34,409 bases of DNA from Basidioascus undulatus (taxonomy: Eukaryota), in contig JTLS01000076.1 of the NCBI GenBank assembly GCA_000826855.1, positions 1-34,409 on the forward strand, in the 5' to 3' direction. The translations under genes and the position numbers were made by a program. Below, in pieces: positions 1-12,500 of this stretch (position 1 is the stretch's first letter; each line of letters opens with the position of its first letter). The notes beneath the pieces are model-generated. The model had not been told where the DNA came from. It saw only the letters and a program-made list of their open reading frames with translations, and did no database searches.

Positions 1-138
1 GCGCGCATATTAAGGGAGAGTGATGGGCAGAGAGAAGCAGGAGGAGACCACGGGGACGAGAGAAGGGCGCGGGCCGAAGCGCCGAGCTTGCCTGGCAGGC
101 CTCCTAATATATGTGTTATCAATTATTTCTTTTTCATC

Positions 139-216
139 GCTTGGCTGGGGTAGTGGTAACCTGGGTCGTTGCCATTGGAATTCGACCCGCCCCGTGTTCG
201 ATTCACGGGTCAAGCA
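139..216 (+). tRNA. tRNA-Gly(GCC) with a 7-nt intron (175-181)
   Basis: Cloverleaf read by eye: acceptor GCTTGGC(139-145)/GTCAAGC(209-215)+A216; D arm GGGT-AGTGGTA-ACCT; anticodon stem GGTCG/CGACC with TT-GCC-A; intron TTGGAAT at the canonical 37/38 position; variable loop CGCC; T arm CCGTG-TTCGATT-CACGG; T-rich Pol III terminator-like TTCTTTT at 218-224. Confidence 0.95.
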
Positions 217-603
217 GTTCTTTTCCGTCAATCACCTGTAAGTGCATTCCTTTTGTTGGCTGCAGGCAGGCCAAAGCAGCGCCTAAATTTTTTTTTGTTA
301 CAGTACAGACAGGTCAGACTTAACCTTTTTGCTGCAGCTACCAGCGAGAGTTCAGCGAAAGACTGCGAGCGGGCGCCGCTGCTCGGTTGAGTCGGTGAAC
401 ACGACGCGGCGGCCGGCCTCGCCAGGGTCGCCGAGCTCAACCGAGCGCTTCGCTGGTGAGTCGCCCGCCGTTCGCAGTCGACATAAGAGCTCAGGGTGTT
501 CCAAGATGCGATTGTATTCCCCCTCTTCATTCCTAATCTCTCTCTCTTCTATCTTTCTTATCATTCCCCCGCATTCCGGTACATCGAATCTAGAGTATAG
601 AGC

Positions 604-3301
604 ATGCCGGCAACACTTTCAGAGAAGACGGGCACCAAGTCGCCGCGCTCGTCCGGGGAGGACGACCTAGAGGGTGGGACGGCGACGCTCACGAACGTGA
701 ACGCTGCGGGCCTTCACTTGGATAGCAAGGACCCGGACGTCGTTGGATGGGACGGGGAGGACGATCCGGAGAACCCGATGAGTGCGTGCACTTTCAAACC
801 CATACACCTTCTGTGTGCTGTACCGTGGGACTGACATTGGCATTGTTCCCGCTACTGCAGATTGGTCAACAGGAAGGAAGTGGGGTGCGATGGGCGTGGT
901 AGCGTTCATGTGGTGCGTACTGCCATCTAGGAGGGAAAACCGTTGAAGACATGCTGGAGTGCGCTGTTTCCGCGCAGTTTCGGTTCTCCACTTGCAAGCT
1001 CTATGATCGCTCCGGCAATGTCGTATGTTGCCCGAGATTCCAACTTCATGATCACGGATTCGGCTGTGGCATCGTTGGTGGTTTCGGTGAGCCCGGTGCT
1101 GCGAATTACGACAGTCCATCTACACCACTGTATGCTTCGTTTCTGACTTTTGTCGTGGGGCTTCAGATCTTTGTCTTGGTATGCCTTGCCATTTCTGGGC
1201 TACAGGCGCCATTGAAGTACTTACCGAAGTCTTTCCTAGGGATACGCATTCGGTCCGCTTATTGCTGCGCCGGCGTCTGAGCTCTACGGGCGCGCAATCG
1301 GTGAGTGCACACCATGACACAGACCCAGGCCGCAGCTATACTCATGCCTGCTTCGTCCAACTCCAGTCATGAAAGCATTCGCGCTCTTCTTCTTCGTCTT
1401 TGCCATTGCGTGCGCGGTCGCAATGAGCACCGCACAGCTCATCGTCTTCCGCTTCCTTGCCGGTGCGTCCAGCGTGCCGACCGACCGCTGCGTTTCACGC
1501 CTGCTGACTCGTCTTCAGGTATCGGTGGATCTGCTCCTCTCACGGCGGGCGCCGGCCTTATCACCGACCTGTTTGCACCTCACGAGCGTGGTACGGCCAT
1601 GGCACTGTTCTCGCTCGGCCCGCTCGTCGTACGTGCTTCCCTACTTTCAATCGCGGCATGAGCGGCATGGCGCTGACGTTCTCCTCTGCAGGGCCCGATT
1701 TGCGCCCCAATCATAGGTAGCTAGGCTAAGGCGATTGCGGTTCGAGCGCCACGATGCTGACTCTAAGTGCACCACATTCATAGGCGGCTTTGTTTCCCAG
1801 CGCGCTTCTTGGCAGTGCGTCTCCATTATTCCAATCCATGTCCCCATAGCGTAGAGAAACCTGACACTCTGATCTGACCAGCTGGACGTTCTGGCTCATC
1901 GCCATCGTCTCGGGCGTGGCCTGGGTGGTGTCGATGTTCCTCCTCAAGGAGACGTACGCGCCCATCCTGCTCGAGCGCAAGGCCCGCAAGCTGCGCAAAG
2001 AGACCGGCAACGACCGCCTCACGACGGCGTTCGTCCAGGCGCACGGCGACCGCAAGCCCCGCGCGATCGTCGCTGAGGCGTTCGTCCGCCCGCTCGCGCT
2101 GCTGTTCACCAACCTCAGCTGCTTCCTGATCGCCGTCTATCAATCCCTGATCTACGGTGCGTCTTGCTAGACTGCGTCGGCGCTTTCTAGCTTGCTGATT
2201 AGGATTTCGGGCGTGCGGGTAGGTCTGCTGTATTTGAGGTCAGTGTCACTCAGTCTACGCTGTGTCTCGTGTCGATGAAAGCTCATGCGCGGCAACGTCC
2301 TCCAGCTTCGTCACCATCACTGAGGTGTTCCAGGGCTCCTAGTACGTTAACATTTTTCGGATCCCCCTGTGTGTATTCATACGACCAGATTACTCACAAT
2401 CTATCTCTATCAACAGCGGCTGGAGTGTCGAGATCTCCGGGTACAGTCTTTCCACGGCTTAACGCACACGTACACGCAGCGCAGTGACGCTGACTCCACG
2501 CTGCCGTCGATCCATCAGGTTGGCCTACCTCGGCCCCGGTATTGGCATGTTTGTCGGCATCGGCTTCGGCGCTGCGACCATGGACAAGATCTACGGCTCC
2601 CTCACGCAGCGGTATGGCGAGGGAAGGCCCGAGTTCCGCGTCCCGACCATGATGGTTGCATCGTGCGTTTCCCTCTCAACATTCAAGAGCGGGCAGTGAG
2701 CTGATATCAAGTCGTCCCCACGAATATTTAGCATACTCGTGCCCGCTGGTCTGTTCATGTACGGCTGGACGGCCGATAAGGAGACGCACTGGATCGCTCC
2801 CCTTGTCGGGCTGCTCATCTTCTGCGCAGGCGTAATCATCAGCTTCGTACGTCGCTAACCATGAGTACCACGCAAGGAACGAAATCATCATAGTGCCTGA
2901 CCTTTCCCTCTTGCAGCTCGCCTTGCAAACCTACACCCTGGACGCGTTCAAGTTCTCCGCGTCCGCCATCGCCGCCACCACCGTGCGCGCTTCCCACAAA
3001 CTCTCCCATGGCCCACAACTCACCTTCTCTTTCCCTCTTCCAGGTCCTCCGGAGTATCGCAGGCGGCCTCTTCCCGCTCTTCGGCAAGTCGATGTTCGAC
3101 GCGCTCGGCCTGGGATGGGGCAACTCGTTGCTCGCGTTCGTGGCGCTTGCCAGTCAGTCCTCCTCCTCTACTCTCATAACGCTACTGGAACACTATCTGA
3201 CATTGTTTCTTTTTTGATACTCTCCAGTCGGCATTCCTTATCCCATCTTCTTCTGGTTCTATGGGCCTCGCATACGTGCGAAGAGCAACAACGACCGCTA
3301 G
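604..3301 (+). CDS. MFS drug:H+ antiporter (DHA1 family) transporter, 18 exons, about 490 aa
   Basis: Manual GT-AG splicing gives an open frame with DHA1 motifs: VGWDGEDDPENPMNWSTGRKW, GPLIAAPASELYGR, LIVFRFLAGIGGSAPL, DLFAPHERG, ETYAPILLERKARKLRKETG, GRPEFR, SASAIAATTVLRSIAGGLFPLFG, LGLGWGNSLL; stop TAG 3299-3301. Includes 12-nt (1167-1178) and 16-nt (2223-2238) exons. Confidence 0.93.
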
Positions 3302-4499
3302 ACGGCTTTCGTAGAGGGGTTCTTTGGTCTTGTAAGAGATCTGTAACATTCATTAGGCTTAATATTTTTCAATAAAGCTCGAGCTATTATGATGAGGGTG
3401 CAAGAATTCTTGGGGCTGCTTGTCATTCTTTGAGATGGCGACGAAATAACCTGCAGACTTTATACCGCCTAGCCAAGGGAGCACGTGAAACGCTGCGCAA
3501 CTACAGGGGTTCTGTCTCTTGAGACCAGTCCGGATAGGTATGGCCACGCAGCAATGACACAAAGAACGAAGAAAGAGCGAGCGTGACGGGGCTGACACAG
3601 TTCACGCGTTCGGCGACAACAACTTACACACTTGATTGACTCAAGCTGTGGATGTAAGGGTATATTTGAGGGGTTACAGTGACAACCATCGGCTGAAGTG
3701 GAGCGAGGTGGGGGAATCAGATAAGGTGAGAGGGCCAGGCTGCAAGGGAATGGGACAGTCTGAAGCCAACGGATACATTGATTTTCAGAAGTTCCACGCA
3801 CTGTTCCCCCCATCCGCCAGGAGTACGTGCAGTACTTGCAGTTTCCGACTGCTGTGGCTTGCCGTTTCGTGGCGGCGAAACAATGCATGGATCGCAAATT
3901 TGTGTCGAGCTTCGAAAATGAGTCTACCTTCCCTTTCTACCTAAGAGCTTATCAGACTCACACTCACAGAGTACATTGCCTCTTCGCGAGGTTCATGTTG
4001 CCCGGGCCGGCGCAGCGCAGCATCTTCCAGAGACTGGTTGGAACCCCGCTCGCCTGTAATATGAAGCAATGCCTGCTGTACTGGAATTCTGGAGTATTAT
4101 TATAGTGTATCTATAGGCTGAAGAGTGAGGTTGGGCCATGGTTGGGTGATACTTAAGCAGAGTGCAGGGCGAAAACGGACGCGTGCCGCACTTCTGCGCA
4201 TGCGCCCGAGCATCCCCCTTGACTCCCGACGTCCATCACCTCCTTGGAACCCGCCTAGTAGGCCGAATCCATCACTTGTAAAAGACCGCTCTTTATGCCC
4301 ATCAGCAAAGTCTCCGTTGTCTACGGCATCACTGGTACGAACCAACGGCGTTTATTTGTTTGCAGGGGCAGTGCTTGGGGCGTAGGCGGACCGCTGACCA
4401 ATGTCCCTCGACCTGCAATTGATGGATGGCAGCTTTTCCATGCCTCGCAGCTTTATCCGAGCTATGCGGTAAGTCCGTGTGTTACGATTCCCTCAGCGC

Positions 4500-5290
4500 G
4501 ATGAAACCGACAAGGAGGCATTCGCTGGTTTAGTCCTCGATGCTCGCGCTGGACCTCATTTTCCGCCACAGGAAGAGCACGCTCGTCTTTCCGCCGCCGT
4601 GCAGCTATTCGATAGCTTCTTCTACCGACAGAGTCTCTTGAGCTCGTCAGAGGCTATCTCCTCGACGACCTTATCCAAGAGCAACTGCGCGGCTTCTATG
4701 AGGCCACTATCGAGGACTGGCTGGACGGTCCTGAGAAGGAGTCCGCCAATCTCATCGAGTTCGTGCGGTCGTGGCTCGCACCCGGCGGCCACACGGCGAA
4801 AAAGACTTTCTGCACCGTATCAACCCAGTTGTCATCGGCCTCCCAATGACCCTCAACGGCAACGGCTTTCCTGGCAAGCTCGAGCTCGAAGACGGACCGC
4901 TGGCATCTGCGCTCTCTTACGCGCATCGACCCTTCCATGCTTGTTGTTTCCGAAGAGCGAAGAAGAGGTTCTCGCGCTTTACGAAGGAGTTCGGCATCGA
5001 CGCGGTGGGCGCCCCGGAGAACGTGTTAAGGATGGCTGGTGTGGGCTGCTCGGATGTGGTGGTCACCTGACGTTGAGCCGGCTTCATGTTGGTGGTGCAC
5101 GCCTTGGACAATTTGGACTGAGTTGGAGACTGAGGACCGGTCGCGGGCTACAATTCTCTCGCTACCAAACATGCATGTCGGCTTCAGCCGCTTCGAAGTG
5201 TGTTTCGAATATATGTGTAGCGTGCTTGAAAGCTCCTCTGTCTTACCCGTCGCAGGCTGTACAGTGACTTTCCTGCCTCTCCCTTGACCT
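4500..5290 (+). pseudogene. Degenerate coding-like relic, family not recognised
   Basis: Protein-like stretches appear in successive frames (DETDKEAFAGLVLDAR..., LELVRGYLLDDLIQEQLRGFYEATIEDWLDGPEKESANLIEFVRSWL, KDFLHRINPVVIGLPMTLNGNGFPGKLELEDG) separated by apparent frameshifts and stops, with no obvious introns to reconcile them. Confidence 0.3.
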
Positions 5291-7194
5291 CGTTCGTAGA
5301 CGTCGACCCGCACGCAATCACAACTTGACCTACACAGTACTCGGGAATGGACTCAGACTTTGACTAGGCTTCTGCACTGGCACAGACTGTCTACGCGCTT
5401 TTGTTTTTATTAATGTACGGTGTCGAACTGTGGTTGGCAGCGGACTTTCACAGACGGTGAAGCCAAATGGCGCAACATGGGAGGCAGAGCCACTCAAGGG
5501 ACCGCAGAAGAAAAGGGTAAACAAGCAGTTCTATGCATTCGGCTGGAAGTAAGCAGTCAGTTTGAGACCAACTAGACTGAACATAGGAAACAGAAACTAC
5601 CGCAAAGCAGGTTGGTCTTGCAGCCCGTCAACGTTGACGCCACAACCGAACAGAACGAGCGCCAAGGTGTCTACTACGCAAGGGGCTCCGGAAATTCTTC
5701 CGCATGGGGGTTTTTGACTTGGCAGAGTCGATCTCCGCTCAGCGCTATGCAGCCCTTTCTGTGTGACCTGCGGCAGCGGCGACAGCCAAGGCATCTGCCT
5801 TCTGCTTCTCAACGGCGACGATCTTGTCCTGCGAGACCATTTTGTCCCTTTACGACTGGATGATCCACCCTCTTGGACTCCGTCTGAGTCTCAGAAGACC
5901 CCGGTCCTCGACTACCAAGACGGATGGGCACAGGAAGAGGGTCGAAAGAGCGAGAGGGAGCAACAGGCACCACAGGTGCATGCGGAATGGTACGAAGCGC
6001 AGAATAAATTGCTGCAAGCATCCCTGAAAGTCCTTAGTTTCTCATGTGAAATGATAGTTTAAAGGAAGGTCCTAGTAGAGAAAGAGAAATACAGCCGGTA
6101 GAAAAGGTAGCCACGACCGAGACCTGTCGTTCATAGTAAATGAGAGCCGTCAAAGGAAATCAAGATCCCCGTGTCCGGATTTCTATGAAACATTTGACTG
6201 AGATTTTCTAACTCATTGGAAGATAATTATCTAAGGGGATTGCACGATAGTGTGAGAAGGTTGCTCGGATTGCCAGGTATGCAGTCGGACACATGATGAG
6301 TGTGTGTAGTTGCTCAGCTGCCTAGCTACAGCTGGTGTCCTATACATCTCTCAAGAGAAAAGCTAGAGCTTCTTTTAGCGTCTTAATGTTTAACATATGC
6401 CACACACCTGACCCCGACCCGGATTTCTCGCTGTGACGCGCGAGTCTGTGGACACGAGGATCCCCTGCTTGCCTCCGGCGGACCACCAACAGATATAGCC
6501 AGAACATGCAATGACCCAGAACGCCTAATAGCAGGAGGGAGGCCGGATTCTCGTCTGTGTGCAGTCGGAAGGTCAGCCTGTATCTGCGAATCGTCCTGAA
6601 GTCTAGAGCAGTGTACACGCTCACTCGAGACAGGTACAGCCGCTTCCTACACAGAATCCATTTTTTTCTGTTTACACGGTGATTCATGTTCCCATCTGTG
6701 GACGCTGTCGGATGGTGCGGCCTCTAGGAACACGACGTGCGACAAACAACAGGTGTACCGTGACACTTCTTAAAATGGGAGTCATCCTAGTTTTGTGAAA
6801 CTCATTACTCTTCCTTCCTAATCTTTGTTTTTTCTTTTATGCAGTGACCGCTGCCAAGTGCCAAAATGAGAGTGAAACTGGCAGCGCGGCGGGTCGATAC
6901 CGAAGGGCGGCAAGGTCGAGCTTACGGGTGGGTGCGGCTGATTGACGCATCGACAAGGCGAGTCCCTAGCCGCCTCCCCTCCCTTGCACGCTCGCAGCCC
7001 CTCAGGTCCTTACACATTTCGAAACTTACGAGCAGCAATACCTGCGCAGAGACTGACATTATCGGTCCTCGCAGCTCGCCCCAGCCCTCAACAGCAGCAC
7101 CCAGCCGCTCGTTTAGACCTCCTCGCTTCGCCCGCCGCCGCTCGAGAACCCCCTATCGCGCTCTCCTCCAGATCTTCCCTTCGTTCGCGCAGTC

Positions 7195-8959
7195 ATGGCT
7201 ACTGGTCCGCCCTCTCGCCTCCCGCTAATTCGAGCATGACTGATCTGGGCGCTTGGGATGGGCAGTTCCCAAGGAGTACAAGCTTGGTCAGTCCCGGAAG
7301 GGCAGGGGGTTGGAAGGTGCTGGCCGGGACGGGACACTGATTTGCGGAGATGATGGCCGCGTGCGCGCTCACAGTTGTGGTCGGCGGTGGTGGTGCGTCT
7401 GCTCATTGCTCCATCCTCATCCGTACTGTATGCTCATCCATTCTCATCGCCAGGCGTCGGAAAATCCGGTCCGCGTATCTTGGTCCTCTCGCCGACCTAG
7501 AATCTCAGCTGACTGAATCGTCACGGCATTACTCCGACTTGCAGCCCTCACCATCCAAGTTCGTCCACTCTCACAATCACTATATATTCTCCTTCACCGG
7601 CTCATATCTTCGGGCTGCCTCAACAGTTCATTCAGTCCGTCGCGAAGATGCGCTGTGATGGGAGATAGGGCGGGAAGCTGATCGAAGGGGTTGCCGGGGC
7701 ACAGGTCCCACTTCGTGGACGAGTACGACCCGACTATTGAAGGTGAGCTCAGCTTCATCTTTGTTGCTGGAGAGGATTTTGGAGTGGAGTGGGCTGGAAG
7801 GGAATCGGCTGCCGCTTTGGAAACAGTGCTACACGGGGGACCGAGCGTCCGTGCGCGCTACGCGCGAGATCCACGCGTCGGAGTGTCAACATCTGCAGCT
7901 CTTTCGCAAACAGAGCTCATCCCACCTTAAACCCACAGACTCCTACCGCAAGCAATGCCAGGTCCGCTTCCACCCCGCTCATGCGGCTCTTGCCTGCACG
8001 CCGCCCGACTGACGTGCCGTACCTCCCCCCCCTCCCATCCACGTCTCCTTCTCCTATCCACGCCCTCTTCTCCCATCCGCGCCTCCGCCTCCTCCCTCGC
8101 CTCCTCGCCGCATCACTGCGTCCATTTAACAGATCGACGAGGAGCCCGCGCTCCTTGACGTCCTCGACACGGCCGGGCAGGAGGAGTACTCTGCGATGCG
8201 GGAGCAGTACATGCGCACGGGCGAGGGCTTCCTCCTCGTCTACTCCATCACGAGCCGGAACAGCTTTGAGGGTTCGTGCTGTGTTCGCCTGCCCCGCCCA
8301 CACTTACACTCCCATTCCCGCTCGCATCGCCTGTCCCTGCGTGCCACGTTTCTGTGCCTCCCGGATTGCTGAAGCGCTGTGAGGACACAGAGATTGCGAC
8401 CTTCCACCAGCAAATCCTCCGCGTGAAGGACAAGGACCAGTTCCCCATGGTTCTTGTCGCGAACAAGGCTGATCTTGGTGCGTTTGCTGTGTCGCTCTCT
8501 CCTCACTTTCCATCGCTGATGTCTTCGCCCCGTGCGCTCTTCTCCCTCTAGAGTACGAGCGTCAAGTTGGGTCTAACGGTAAGGTCCCCGCTTATATAGG
8601 GCGAGAAAGGAGACCCAGCGAGCTGATAATGCATGTGGGCGCGAACGCAAACCAGAGGGTCGCGAGCTCGCCAAGCACTTTGGCTGCCGGTTCATCGAGA
8701 CGTCGGCCAAGCAGCGCATCAACGTCGACGAAGCGTTCAGCAATCTCGTCCGCGAGATCAGGACGTACCACCGGGTGCGTTCCACACTACTGCCGTGCTT
8801 CTCCCAATGGGCGTCGATCGCTGACGGACAGGAATTATCTGTGAACAGGAGCAGACGGGCGGCCGGCCCGGCGGCGGCGCGGGCGGCCCCGAGCAGCTCC
8901 GCCACGGCGAAGCGGGCGACAAGGACGCCGGGTGCTGCGGCGGCTGCGTCGTCCTCTAG
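7195..8959 (+). CDS. RAS1: Ras GTPase (Ras1-like), 13 exons
   Basis: Exons 7195-7204, 7266-7286, 7375-7392, 7454-7468, 7545-7558, 7627-7634, 7705-7742, 7939-7961, 8133-8271, 8391-8477, 8552-8578, 8656-8774, 8849-8959 splice (all GT-AG) to [82 protein letters not shown]...NKADL...ETSAK...[10 protein letters not shown]1-G5 boxes, effector loop YDPTIEDSY, a Cys-Cys pair and a CAAX box are all present. Confidence 0.97.
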
Positions 8960-9521
8960 TTTCCGCGCCCCCGACCCTCCTCTTGCCCATCTTCCCATTC
9001 CCTCCGCTTCACCCGTCCTCTTCCGACAGTTCTCCTACCCTGCCGATTGCCGATTTTTCTTCTTGGGCTCCATTGGGTCCCGCTGCTCTATCGCCGTCTC
9101 TTTTCTTTCCTTCTCTTGGTCCCGATTCGATTTCATCTGATGATTGCCGCCTTGCTCCATGATACCACTTAGTTGTAGTTCCTGTCTTTTGCCTCCCATC
9201 CATCCACCCACACCCATTTAGTTAGTTCTAGCGCGTCACATGACCTTACACTCGGTTTCTGTAAAACTTGCTGCCCCCATAACACCTTGCCTACCTACCA
9301 TTACTAAATCTACTGCCTTCTGCACCGTTCTCATGCGTGGCAGTGTGTGCTGTGCGCTTCGCTAAAGCAAGATGCCGTCAACGACTGGGGCTGGCTAACA
9401 GGCGGACCACGTGTCGCCAGTCTCGCACTCGCAGCAACGCCTGCAAAAACATGATGTCCACTAGGTCTATGTAAACGCATGCGCCAATCGTACAAAAATA
9501 ACAAGTAGCCAATGTTCCAGT

Positions 9522-12500
9522 TTAGCCAACGACGTGGTGTCCGCCCGTAGCGAGCGATCTCCGCCCGCCGAGGATCTCGCTCAGCGCGCGCAGCGGCATC
9601 CACCACGCGGACTTTGCGCGCCGGTTCTTGGGGTCTGCGGCAGCCTCGACCTCGGGGATGGACGCGAACTTGACGGCAGAGCCCTGGATAGTGATGACCG
9701 CCGCGCTCGCCGCGCTCGCCGCGGCCTGGCGCGACGTGCTGTGCTGCTCGAGGAACTTGATGCAGCGGATCGCGAGGCGGGAAGCGCGCGCGCGGTCGAG
9801 CGGGGACGGCGTCCCGCCTTGAAGCGTGTGCCCAAGGTTCGCGGAGCGGGAGTCGAACAGCGGCGCACCCTCCTCCTTAAGTACGCGCGTGATGTGGTCC
9901 GTCGTGTAGACGGACGACGAGGCCTCGTTACTGGAGGAGGAAGATGAGACGACGGCGTGAGCTATGCTTGGGTTGCGGGCACGCGGAGGGTGGCGGTGTA
10001 CCGGATGATCAGACGGCCCTCGCTCTTGCCCTTGACGTCGAGGGCGAAGCGACGCTTGAGGAACTGCACGTCCTTCTGCAGGAGGTCGAGGTTGATGCCG
10101 ACCTCGGGCGTATAGACAATGACGGCGCCGGACTGAGCAGACAGGATAGTTAGTGAGTGAAATGCTTTCTCGACCGGCGGGGATATCGAGTGGACGCACG
10201 GCAAGAGCACCCATGGTCGCGAGGTAGCCGCACTTGCCGCCCTGCGTCTCGACGACGAAGACACGGTTGCGGGAGGCGGAGGCGGACTGCTTGATCGCGT
10301 CGCAGGCGTCGACGAGCGCGTTGAGGGAGGTGTCCGAGCCGACGGAGAACTCGGTGAGGGGGACATTGTTGGAGATGGTGGCTGTGAAGAACGAAGGTCA
10401 GCATTGCCGTATACGGACAAAAGAAGGACACTTCGTACCGGGAAGGTGAACCATGGGGACTATCAGACACGCAAAAGTGTCAGCTTTGGGCAAGCGGGGG
10501 TCACACAGAAAACAACATACTCTGGAAGGCGGGGTAGTTGCTGCGAGCCTTCTCCATGATGGAGAGCGCGCTGAACGCCTCGTACCCACCGACGAGGAGG
10601 ATGGCGTCGAAGTTGTGCTTCTGGAACGCGCTCGCGACCGCGCCGATGTCGGTGTCGGGCAGGACGCGGTTCGTGCCGAGCTCGGAGCCGCCGCGGGCCG
10701 TCCAGTTGTCGACCTGGAGCCAGGACAGCTCGCGCACATTGCCCTCGAGCAGGCCCGTGAAACCGTTGTGGACCGCGATGGGCGTGTGGCCGCGCGCGAG
10801 ACAGAACCGCGCGGCCATGCGCGTCGCGGCGTTCATGCCGCCCGCGGGCGCACCGACGCTGAAGGAGCAAGAGGCGTGAGCCGTGTGAGGAGAGAGCGGG
10901 GGAGGTACGGAAGGCGACGCACTGCACAATCGCGACGCGGAGCTGCTCCTTCGGAGGGAGCTTGCGCTCGTCGCCAATGTAAGTCGAGTAGTCGAAAGCC
11001 TCCAGACCCTCCGCGAACTCGGGGTCACGAAGCGCTAGCGCCTCGTCGAACTTGCGCTCTTCGATCGCCTTCGCCACGCCTTGGGTCTGTTGAAAAGGAG
11101 CGATCAGTTTTTCTTCGAGGACAACGCTCGCATCAGGGAAGAGCGTACCGCTTCAACAGCCTCCATCAAGCTCGTGCGGGTGATCTTGTTCTCCTTCATG
11201 CCAATCATGTAGCTAGGAGTCTGGGGCGTCGCCTCGAGCACGGCCTCGACGGCCTCGACACCCTGCAGCGTCGCGAGGACGCGGTCGAACGCGCACGGCT
11301 TGCCACCGCGCTGGACGTGGGCGAGCGTCGTCACGCGCGTGTCGAGACCAAGCCGGTTCGTGAGGATGTCGGCGACGTATGCGGGCTTGATCGGGTTGAG
11401 GTTCCGGTCGAGCGCACCCTCGGCGACGATCACGATCGTCTTGCGCTTACCCATGGAGCGGTGCTGTACATTCGAACAGCGCTTCAGCTGAGGGCCTTGG
11501 GTTGTGAGGGATCAGAAGACACGCACCTGCTGGAGCACACCGCACATCTCGCTCTCCCAGTTGTCCGTCTGCGGCGGGCGCTCAGGGATGAAGATGAAGT
11601 CCGCGCCGGTTCTGGGGGCATACTGAAGTCAGTGAGGATCCTTCGCAAGTTCTTATAGCTGTCGGGGGACTAACGCGATACCGGCCATGACCGCAAGCCA
11701 GCCACAGTGCCGACCCATGACCTCGACGACGAACGCGCGCGAGTGTGAGCTGGCGGTGGAGCTGATTGAGTCGACGGCCTCGCAGATGCGGTGCAGCGCG
11801 GTCGGCGCGCCGATGGTCAGGTCCGTGAGCGCCATGTCGTTGTCGATCGAGCCGACGAGACCAGTGATAGTCAGGTGCTGGTGCGTCTTGCGCTGCTGGG
11901 ACGTGATGCGGCCTGCCCAAACAAACAGAATCAGTCTCTCCCGCCTTATCCTGCACAGCAGCATACGCGGTGGAAGAGAAGGGAAGGGGAAGGGAACCCA
12001 CCAGTCTTCTCGAGCTCCTCGACAAGGCTGCCCCACTCCGCGCGAAGACGGTCCGCACCCGTCAGGGAGCCATCACCACCGACAACGACGAGCGCATCAA
12101 TGCCGTGCGAGATGAGCGTCTCAGTTGCCTTCAGGCGGCCCTCACGCTCGCGGAACTCGGCGCAGCGCGCGGTTCCGATGAGGGTACCACTGGATAGTCC
12201 ACCGGCGTCAGCTTCTTGTGCCCTCCAACGGCTCTAGGACAGCAGGAAGAGAAGACGCACCCAATGTCCATCCACCCGCGTACATCATCCCACCCGACCC
12301 GCACAACATAACGCCCCCGGAGACCCTCCTCGCCGGCGCCCTCGCCAGCACCCTCCTTCAGCAGCTCGCCCTCGCCGTAGGTGGTGCAGAAAGCCTCGCC
12401 CTGTGAATGACAGCGCTCAGCAGCGAAATAAAGCCAGCACAAGAAGCAGAAGACGTACCTCAGGGTCGATGTAGTCGCCAGCATCGCGAGCAGCGGGACG

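Noticed and set aside
8461..8477. Ras G4 box NKADL lacking the Cys of human NKCDL
   Set aside because: The x in NKxD is variable across the Ras family; not unusual.
10453..11658. 401-aa plus-strand ORF
   Set aside because: Antisense to PFK exons and introns; explained by GC-rich codon bias.
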